Source of the DNA: Hydrolagus colliei
Taxonomy: Eukaryota
Reading direction: 5' to 3'
Assembly (NCBI GenBank): GCA_035084275.1
Contig: CM068742.1
Location: 72,602,001-72,666,000 of the forward strand
Length of the DNA: 64,000 nucleotides
Positions 59,201-64,000 of the stretch are shown here, piece by piece; the stretch's first letter is position 1, and each line of letters begins with the position of its first letter. A model generated the notes under the pieces. That model had not been told where the DNA came from. It did no database searches and saw only the letters and a program-made list of their open reading frames with translations. Both the position numbers and the translations under genes were made by a program.

Positions 59201-61791
59201 TAAACAACATTTGAAGTACTGTACTGATTAGACCATCTGAAGTGGTCTGCAGACTGTAAGAAGGATACAGCAATTGTATGAACACTGTACAGTGTAGGTT
59301 TACTAGGATGATACCAGAGCTGCTATCAGAATAGTCTGGATGGGTTTAACCTTCAATTTGTTTGAGAAAAGACATTTAAGACGGGGCCTAATAGAGGTGT
59401 TTAAAGTTATAAAAGGGCTTGGTCAGGTTGGTACAAACAGGAAATCCATAATCAAAGGAGAAAAATTTAAGACGGATGGAACTAAACTTTAGGGGGGAAA
59501 ATTTGATGCAGAAGCCGGTGAGATTGTGGAATTGTTTGCCTGAAGCAATGGTTGAATGATATATTATCGATGTATTCAAGAAGAAGCCAGACATACACAT
59601 GATTATAAAAGGGTATGGGAGTGAGTAAGTAAGGAATGGGTGAAGATGAGTGGAATATAAACACTAGCATGAACCGATTTGGCCTATTGCCATGCTGCAC
59701 ATTCTTCATAAATCTTTGCAGATCAGCTTCAAACCATTCCTATACATCATTATGATGTGACAAGATACTTTTGTACACGAGAATCAATTAAATTCAATTA
59801 AATACTCTGACATTTTCTAACAAATAGTATACATCACTGTTGATGAATACACAATTTGAAATTACTTTTTCGAGCATTATTGTTCAAAAACTGATGTTAC
59901 ACTATGTCAAACATAAACATTTTAAAAACCTTACCCATTGTCCCTTTTCTCCTTGTAGCTTCCCAACCAACAGTTTCAGCTCACGGACTGTGATATTATA
60001 ACATGCCAGTACTCCTAACATTTCGACCAACAGATCTGAAAGTGAAAGTATTTTGGTGAAAGAGAATGTAATTGATGGTGGTGGGATTTGATCGGCTAGG
60101 TTTCTAACACGTCTGGAAACCCATCGCCGTGCTGACGTGCATCCAAACCAAACAGAGTTCAACATATGTACAATGAAAACTTTCCTATGTCTGGAACAAA
60201 TTGTGCACTCTCTCCTTGGCTCTTGCTAACCTGAGTCTAATACTTTCTGGTATTAGGTAAGCAGGCATCCTAACCAGCTAAAATTGCATAACTTGTTTTT
60301 AATACACTGACTGCCATGCTCTCGCTGCTTATCCAGCAAGGACCATCCCACCTATTAGGGCTTTGGCTTGCAGAGTTAACATGAACAGAGCAGGAACAAT
60401 GCCTGCTCCCAGTGATTTGGAGAGTCTTCCCCTCCAAATCCCGCTGACGAGCCAGGCTGGCTGGTCTGCCATCATTATTGCCCAGGAATATTGCACCTGT
60501 CTCAGGAACCATCTTGCATACAAGGAATAGGTGGGTTCCCAGCAAAGACCCCTGAGGCACTCCAATTAAAGTGTTCACTTCCTCCCGACGTGAAAGGTAC
60601 TATACAAATGTAACTTTGTTGTTATCCCCAAAGATATCCAGAAACATTAGTCTGTGAAAGAGACTTTTGGAATTCTAGGTACACGAGACTTGCCACATTC
60701 AATTTGGGTTCCAAAACATTTGAGAATGGGCAAAAAAAATCTGCATATTCTGAATCTATGTTAAAGTACAAATCAAATATGTCTCAGGAGGGACAGCTTT
60801 ATTTCCATTAAATACCAATAATTAATGCTGTGAGAAAATGCACTCAGATGAGCACATTTTAAAGTATGCCTCAAAACTTGTAGTAGGAAATCAGAAAGTC
60901 TTGGTTTATTAGACAGCTGCATCAGGCAAAACACATTTAACTTGCAGACCTCTCAATGCAAAAGAGTAGAAGGTTTTACTTCATTAAGTATACCACTGTT
61001 GTATGTTAACGAAAACCACTGCTGCATTTATTGGAAAACAGTGGATTTAGTCAAATTCATTTTTGCTGTCAGTTTAAGATACTAGCACTTGATTTTTCAG
61101 AAATCTGTAGAAGTTCACTTGAGGAATGACTCGCCCCCTCTCTAGCATCCTTCAAGTTCGGCCTCAAGACCGTCCTCTTCAACCACTTCCCCCCACCACC
61201 CATCCTCCCCGATCCCAACCCTAGCTTGGGTCCGAAGCACTGACAGTTTAGCAGTGCCTTGGGACGTCCTCCTGACATGAAAGCCGCCCAACAAATGTAA
61301 TTTTGTTGTTGTTACAATGTTCAGGGTGTTACCATAGGAGGTATGCGCAGATAATGGATTTTACCTCATACATAATGAATTACACCTGCTGAAAAAGTTC
61401 ATTCAAAATTGAGATCTATATGGGGCAGGAAGAAGGCAATAAATTTTCGGAGACAAACATCTTTTGTTTAAAAAATCAATCATATTAAAGTTTTCTGCTC
61501 TAACTAGACAAACTATTTCTTGCTGCAGGACACTGATGAAAGCTATTAGCCAAACATACCTGCTATCATATTGTCAGCTGTATCAATTCGCTTCAGAACA
61601 TGCTCAATTAATCCAACATCTGTGCAGGCCTGTAGATTCCGGATACTTTTTCTAAGGATTGCAGTGAATATACTCCAAAGCTCAGCCCGGCAGGTCACAT
61701 CACAGTTGTCCAACAGCTCCACCATGCAGGTAATACTTTCAATATCTTGGATAATGAAATTCATTTCTAAATCAAATTGTCCTCCAACAAG
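2843..61791 (-). CDS. LRBA: LRBA (LPS-responsive beige-like anchor protein), internal portion: 24 spliced coding exons (~exons 3-26); gene extends beyond both window edges
   Basis: Exons splice in frame with AG acceptors and GT donors (one GC). Peptides match recalled LRBA rather than NBEA: [83 protein letters not shown]. Exon numbering is from memory of human LRBA. Confidence 0.93.
6766..6919 (-). CDS. LRBA: LRBA exon ~25 (154 bp)
   Basis: agcag|C...ACT|gtgagt; [52 protein letters not shown]. Confidence 0.95.
7153..7334 (-). CDS. LRBA: LRBA exon ~24 (182 bp)
   Basis: cacag|GTA...AG|gtgagt; VSQLESS...[31 protein letters not shown]. Confidence 0.92.
7604..8570 (+). mobile_element. Tigger/pogo-like (Tc1-mariner) non-autonomous element
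   Basis: TA|CAGTAAAAGCC...TTATCC left TIR, GGATAAACGGGCTTTTA right TIR (tip degraded); internal sequence shared with 39205 copy. Confidence 0.8.
8863..9921 (-). CDS. LRBA: LRBA exon ~23 (1059 bp), large acidic/Ser-rich divergent exon
   Basis: ttcag|GTT...CAG|gtaaca; [18 protein letters not shown]...[20 protein letters not shown]...SPIQ; corresponds to ORF 8854..9909; phase 0/0. Confidence 0.92.
10515..10833 (+). mobile_element. Full-length tRNA-derived SINE with L2-type 3' tail
   Basis: A-box-like agctcagtggttag, B-box-like gggttcgattctc, tail gtgaagtgctttgagac...gcgctatatcaaatgcaaggat(TAT)n. Confidence 0.9.
13150..14835 (+). mobile_element. Old L2 LINE fragments (interrupted by a hAT MITE)
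   Basis: Degenerate RT C-terminal motifs ([32 protein letters not shown]) and L2 tail gggatgtcctcccaacgtgaaaggcgcta. Confidence 0.75.
13488..13888 (+). mobile_element. hAT Charlie-like MITE
   Basis: TIRs CAGTGTTTCCCAACCT / AGGTTGGAAACCACTG; perfect 8-bp TSD CTCTAATC (13480-13487, 13889-13896), close to the Charlie nTCTAGAn target. Confidence 0.9.
20485..20677 (-). CDS. LRBA: LRBA exon ~22 (193 bp)
   Basis: tgcag|G...AAG|gtaagt; [64 protein letters not shown]. Confidence 0.95.
21427..22475 (+). mobile_element. Non-autonomous hAT element (TAGGGTCCG ends) with C-rich minisatellite
   Basis: TIRs TAGGGTCCGTCGA / TCGCCGGACCCTA; 8-bp TSD CTAAACAA; subterminal CGATAT repeats. Confidence 0.93.
24170..24594 (+). 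mobile_element. Chimeric SINE-core/L2-tail retroelement with (TGAT)n tail
   Basis: SINE core gtgcgcaatttggctgtcgtgtttcacccacaaatacacagtcaatt followed by L2 tail cagcgccttgggacgtcctctcgatgtgaaaggcgc and (TGAT)n; 5' boundary approximate. Confidence 0.6.
25162..25285 (-). CDS. LRBA: LRBA exon ~21 (124 bp)
   Basis: tacag|AA...AG|gtgaga; [40 protein letters not shown]. Confidence 0.95.
26160..27616 (-). mobile_element. Young 5'-truncated L2 LINE, RT domain largely intact
   Basis: ORF 26178..27632: [46 protein letters not shown]; (GTT)n tail; +1 frameshift in a C7 run near 26455-26461 (C6 in the other copy). Confidence 0.95.
28219..28300 (-). CDS. LRBA: LRBA exon ~20 (82 bp)
   Basis: ttcag|ATT...C|gtaagt; [27 protein letters not shown]. 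Confidence 0.95.
29085..29430. repeat. Local tandem duplication, period ~182 bp
   Basis: cagccaa(a/g)ttacttaattag...tcaatccaaaataaaaccaccaaaatcataca...tcagaaaggaaataataatccaaatgtaataat at 29101 and again at 29283. Confidence 0.9.
29682..29790 (-). CDS. LRBA: LRBA exon ~19 (109 bp)
   Basis: tacag|A...GAG|gtaagc; [36 protein letters not shown]. Confidence 0.95.
30043..30135 (-). CDS. LRBA: LRBA exon ~18 (93 bp)
   Basis: tccag|G...AA|gtaaga; [30 protein letters not shown]. Confidence 0.95.
33115..33212 (-). CDS. LRBA: LRBA exon ~17 (98 bp)
   Basis: ttcag|GAT...CG|gtaaac; [32 protein letters not shown]. Confidence 0.95.
34432..34729 (-). mobile_element. tRNA-derived SINE
   Basis: Reverse complement of head (ctaaccactgagctacaggact) and tail of the 10515 family. 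Confidence 0.85.
34976..36278 (-). mobile_element. Non-autonomous hAT element (TAGGGAACGGC ends), same interior as 21427 copy, opposite orientation
   Basis: TIRs TAGGGAACGGCAATA / TATCGCCGTTCCCTA; 8-bp TSD GAAGCAAC; CGATAT repeats; G-rich minisatellite. Confidence 0.93.
37100..37162 (-). CDS. LRBA: LRBA exon ~16 (63 bp)
   Basis: tgtag|GAT...GAG|gtatgg; [21 protein letters not shown]. Confidence 0.95.
37533..37855 (-). mobile_element. Full-length tRNA-derived SINE
   Basis: Near-complete reverse complement of the 10515 copy. Confidence 0.9.
38167..38246 (-). CDS. LRBA: LRBA exon ~15 (80 bp)
   Basis: tccag|AT...AAG|gtgaga; [27 protein letters not shown]. Confidence 0.95.
38435..38660 (+). mobile_element. 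226-bp hAT MITE (TAGGGTC ends) made almost entirely of CGATAT repeats
   Basis: TAGGGTCTG...CCGGGCCCTA; 8-bp TSD GTTTAGTC; 156 bp from exon 14 donor. Confidence 0.9.
38817..38985 (-). CDS. LRBA: LRBA exon ~14 (169 bp)
   Basis: ttaag|GTC...CTGG|gtaagg; [56 protein letters not shown]. Confidence 0.95.
39205..39870 (+). mobile_element. Tigger/pogo-like MITE
   Basis: TA|CAGTAAAAGCCCGTTTATCC...GGATAAACAGGCATTTACAG|TA. Confidence 0.85.
40095..41318 (+). mobile_element. Young 5'-truncated L2 LINE with internal 148-bp deletion
   Basis: Highly similar to the 26160 copy; (GTT)n tail; GTCCTC at both junctions (putative TSD); lacks sequence equivalent to 26589-26736. Confidence 0.93.
41581..41798 (-). 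mobile_element. Short Tigger-like MITE (218 bp)
   Basis: TA|CAGTAAAAGCTTGTTTATCC...GGATAAAGAGGCTTTTACTG; opposite orientation to the 39205 copy. Confidence 0.85.
42779..42931 (-). CDS. LRBA: LRBA exon ~13 (153 bp)
   Basis: tgtag|TCC...AAG|gtaaaa; [51 protein letters not shown]. Confidence 0.95.
43690..44260 (+). mobile_element. CR1 LINE 3' fragment, degraded
   Basis: [20 protein letters not shown] motif; CR1 3' UTR gagccgaatggcctccttctatgctg. Confidence 0.8.
44472..44580 (-). CDS. LRBA: LRBA exon ~12 (109 bp)
   Basis: tttag|TTCC...AAG|gtaatg; [36 protein letters not shown]. Confidence 0.95.
44881..45260 (+). mobile_element. SINE body interrupted at TCTAGAA by the left end of a Charlie-like hAT element
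   Basis: gggttcgattctc B-box and SINE core, then CAGTGGTTCTCAACTTTTT at 45155; right TIR not found. Confidence 0.65.
45261..46193 (-). mobile_element. CR1 LINE 3' end (RT fragment)
   Basis: [16 protein letters not shown]...[10 protein letters not shown]...[21 protein letters not shown]; CR1 tail gaggggccgaatggcctactcctgctcctaattctt. Confidence 0.92.
46550..46683 (-). CDS. LRBA: LRBA exon ~11 (134 bp)
   Basis: cgtag|GAT...TG|gtaagt; [44 protein letters not shown]. Confidence 0.94.
47222..47253. repeat. (GA)n microsatellite
   Basis: Direct reading. Confidence 0.95.
47448..47521 (-). pseudogene. Degenerate partial copy of LRBA exon ~10 acceptor and 5' end
   Basis: cagcaaggcacagatcactttctgctttgaatttgaaaatacttgaggaaaaggcaga vs exon copy cagcaaggagcaggtcactttctgctttgaatttgaaaataccctgggaaaaggcaga (48013-48070). 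Confidence 0.85.
47858..48055 (-). CDS. LRBA: LRBA exon ~10 (198 bp)
   Basis: cccag|GGT...CAG|gtattt; [66 protein letters not shown]. Confidence 0.95.
48754..48900 (-). CDS. LRBA: LRBA exon ~9 (147 bp)
   Basis: ttcag|ACA...AAG|gtattc; [49 protein letters not shown]. Confidence 0.95.
49796..50967. mobile_element. Unclassified non-autonomous DNA transposon inserted in (AT)n
   Basis: 24-bp TIRs GGGC(G/A)ATTCCA(C/T)GGTAATGGGGTA; (AT)n tracts on both flanks. Confidence 0.85.
51494..51613 (-). CDS. LRBA: LRBA exon ~8 (120 bp)
   Basis: tatag|TGG...GAT|gtaagt; [40 protein letters not shown]. Confidence 0.95.
51756..52720 (-). mobile_element. Tigger-like element, interrupted by a hAT insertion
   Basis: CAGTAAAACCTTTGTTATC...GATAAACAAGGTTTTACTA|TA; body homologous to 7604/39205 copies. 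Confidence 0.8.
52015..52568 (+). mobile_element. hAT-type element (CAGGGCCGGCGC ends) nested in Tigger-like element
   Basis: 8-bp TSD CATGCGCC (52007-52014, 52569-52576); right TIR GCGCCGGCCCTG; degenerate left TIR TATGGCTGGCAC; extra internal perfect TIR at 52497. Confidence 0.8.
54400..54526 (-). CDS. LRBA: LRBA exon ~7 (127 bp), GC donor
   Basis: ttcag|CTTT...AAG|gcaagt; [42 protein letters not shown]. Confidence 0.93.
55034..55368 (+). pseudogene. hAT transposase N-terminus (BED zinc finger, ZBED1/Ac-like), frameshifted and truncated
   Basis: [48 protein letters not shown]: W..F, CxxC, TSNL..H...HP motifs; frameshift after W; ends ...[12 protein letters not shown]. Confidence 0.85.
55688..56349 (+). 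repeat. Near-pure polypurine minisatellite (GGGAGAGAAGGAGAG-type units)
   Basis: ~660 bp almost exclusively G/A. Confidence 0.95.
56932..57560 (-). mobile_element. CR1 3' fragment with nested L2 piece (~57040-57200)
   Basis: catagaatcat...ggccattcggccca CR1 tail; [29 protein letters not shown]; L2 piece [10 protein letters not shown] frame region. Confidence 0.8.
58445..58566 (-). CDS. LRBA: LRBA exon ~6 (122 bp), ConA-like lectin region
   Basis: ttcag|GCT...TG|gtaagt; [40 protein letters not shown]. Confidence 0.95.
58669..58764 (-). CDS. LRBA: LRBA exon ~5 (96 bp)
   Basis: tacag|CCT...GCT|gtgagt; [32 protein letters not shown]. Confidence 0.95.
59150..59706 (+). mobile_element. CR1 3' fragment, degraded
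   Basis: agacggggcctaatagaggtgtttaaagttataaaaggg ([10 protein letters not shown]-like) and ccgatttggcctatt tail. Confidence 0.65.
59935..60035 (-). CDS. LRBA: LRBA exon ~4 (101 bp)
   Basis: ttcag|ATCTG...CAATGG|gtaagg; [34 protein letters not shown]. Confidence 0.95.
61130..61315 (+). mobile_element. L2 3' end fragment
   Basis: ttcaagttcggcctcaagaccgtcctcttc ... gccttgggacgtcctcctgacatgaaag...(GTT)n. Confidence 0.75.
61560..61791 (-). CDS. LRBA: LRBA exon ~3 (232 bp)
   Basis: tttaaag|CTTGTT...ATAGCAG|gtatgt; [34 protein letters not shown]...ADNMIA. Confidence 0.95.
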
Positions 61792-63574
61792 CTTTAAAAA
61801 GAAAGGGAAAATAGGAAAACAAATTAAAATACAGCTAATATGATTAAATTTTATTCACATTAAAAATTGACTCCAAATCAAGTTCACATACAAGCTTGAA
61901 TGCACATGAAGGGTACATTTCATCAGCAATGTATTCACAGATATAAAGCAGTTTTGTAATAAAGTGGTTATTGTGGTGCATTAAATAATAGCCAAGAGAA
62001 ATCTTTGCCTTTCCAATATTTTGAAGATTCGCATTTGTTGTTTTCAAAATAATGGACAGAGGTGGCACCACATTGAAACTAGTCACAAGGTATAAAAGGT
62101 ATTGCGAGAATCATTTAATTTGTTTCAATCTAACTGAACAAGATCTGTAACCAATCCTGAAGTGATGCCTGATTTTATAGGTGAAACAGATCATTTCAGC
62201 ATCCCATGTCAACATATTTTCACAACACAAATCAATTTTAATAATTAAATAAGTTTAACTGTTTGATCAGAAAGTCATTGCCTGATACAAAGATTATAGT
62301 TACAGGAGTAGTTTAAAGGATAAACGGGCTTTTACCGTATTAGGCGCAGGCTGGCAAACTATGCATTAAAGGTCTTCCCACTTGCACAACAGCTACTGTT
62401 TAAGCTCCGTGCAACCAACTAGTGGAATAATCGCTCAATGGAGAGGGATGTACATTCAAGTTGCAGACAGGAATATGGTGGCAATGCTCTCATACATTTC
62501 ATGCTGAGCTATGTTGCCACCAAGAAGCTCAATAGGAATTCCTGGTACCCAATATCCACGTCAAATGAGCAACTAGTGACCACTATCCTTCTTGAAGCCG
62601 CAGCAGCTCCAAGGTGAATGAAGTTTGGCAATAGAAAGACAGAATTGAACCAACCCTCCATAGCAGTTTCGGTTGTCGAAGTTTAATTTCAGCAGTCTGG
62701 GAATGAACTAATGTAGTGAGTGAGTTTTCCCTCTTACTGGTACGACTATATGCCATTACTAATTGCACTATAAAATACAGTCTTCAAGAGTGACAAGACA
62801 AATAATTTAAGCAATGCTCCATGGCAAAAGATTTGGGCAGCAATAGGTATATTTTCCATTTACTTTAATTCCCGCCAACTGAATTTTGAAGATGAATAAA
62901 ATCTTTTGAAGGGTGAAAACTATCCAGACACCTTTATAGATATGCAAGAAACAGAAAGAAACCTCTACACTTACATTAGTCCAGAAAAATATAAATAGCT
63001 TTTTTTCCATCTTAACCTTAAAAACACTTGCAATAGAAGCGGATTACCTGATGGTAAGTGGTGGTTTACCCTGTTTAGTGCCAGTATGAATCGGGACAAA
63101 CAAGGATTGTGAGGGGATGTCACTCAAACATATGTCATTTCCATATTTTGGTACATTCATTTGGTGCATTGACCAGATGAAGTGCTGCCCAAGTGAATAG
63201 TTTTCACCCATCAAAAATTTTTATTCATCTTCAAAATTCAGCCAATTGAAAGACAAAATTTTGCAAGTGTCATTGGGTTATAATGGAGAAAAAAGCACTT
63301 TATTTTCTTCTGGATTGTTGTAAGTGGGAAGGTTTCACTGCCAGGCCTCCCCAGTGCCAATGAAATGGCTTTGATTCAATTTGCCAATCTTACTTTTTTT
63401 CAATACAATTCAAAAGTTAAGGAAACAATATGAATATAATATTTGCACAAATATGATCTTTCCTTCATATTTATCCTTTATTTGATGTATACTAAAAAGA
63501 GACATACCCATTCAAATTACTTTGTCAGCAGCCCATGTAAAACAGGAAGGTGGAATTGGAAGACAGCTTGTATC

Positions 63575-63679
63575 ACAACCAAATATACAATCAATCACTT
63601 TACAGTATATTCCGTGAAGCACTTTGAGACGTCTAGAAGACGTGAAAAGCACTATATCAAATGTAAGGATTATTATTAC
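63575..63679 (+). mobile_element. SINE 3' fragment
   Basis: gtgaagcactttgagacgtctagaagacgtgaaaagcactatatcaaatgtaaggat(TAT)n; similar tail fragments at ~18292, 25684, 30762, 32855, 42104. Confidence 0.8.
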
Positions 63680-64000
63680 TGTATTTCTCTCACAGTAATA
63701 ATGCCCTGTGGAATAGATAGGATACTTTCACCATTCACTCTTCCAACTTCAAGCTATAGGTCCTTGTAGTCAGTATACTTATGTGATCAATTAACATTTC
63801 TAAAGTAAACAAACAAAATTCTTTATTTGAACTTCAGATTGAGCACAAGGTAAACCATACTTTGAAAGTTTAGGTTCATTGAAATCTGCTTCAATTGAAT
63901 ATACATTGTATAACTAAACCTTAGAGCTGCATATGATTATTATATAAGTTTATCTTAGCTACACAACACCATTCATGCATCTCCAAACACAAAAGATTAT

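Noticed and set aside
2843-61791. Calling the gene NBEA (neurobeachin)
   Set aside because: Diagnostic residues (GGQF, GKSAA, FHTWL, GLGY, VGGC, KPQK, MVTIV, GELAS, TFDK) fit recalled LRBA better, though a few positions are NBEA-like
1-64000. Nested MAB21L2 gene
   Set aside because: No ~359-aa single-exon MAB21 ORF in the track; it is expected in a later intron outside this window

Overview
Vertebrate genomic DNA. The CR1/L2/tRNA-SINE landscape suggests a cartilaginous fish, possibly a holocephalan (inference). The window lies entirely inside one minus-strand gene, LRBA (BEACH family). I traced 24 consecutive coding exons by hand (61791 down to 2843). They correspond to about exons 3-26 by recalled human numbering, with consistent phases and no stops. 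All donors are GT except one GC donor after exon 7. The introns are dense with mobile DNA: L2 and CR1 LINE fragments (including two young, inverted L2 RT copies), tRNA-derived SINEs with an L2-like tail, Tigger/pogo-like MITEs, Charlie-like MITEs, an (AT)n-embedded TIR element and four TAGGG-ended hAT elements with perfect 8-bp TSDs. The TAGGG hAT family is the most unusual part. It shows swapped/co-varying ends, CpG-rich NRF1/YY1-like motifs, a minisatellite whose unit looks like a 3' splice site, a BED-finger remnant and a pre-miRNA-sized hairpin. No prokaryotic systems, rRNA, true tRNA or CRISPR arrays were seen. Most short ORFs in the track are artefacts of repeats.
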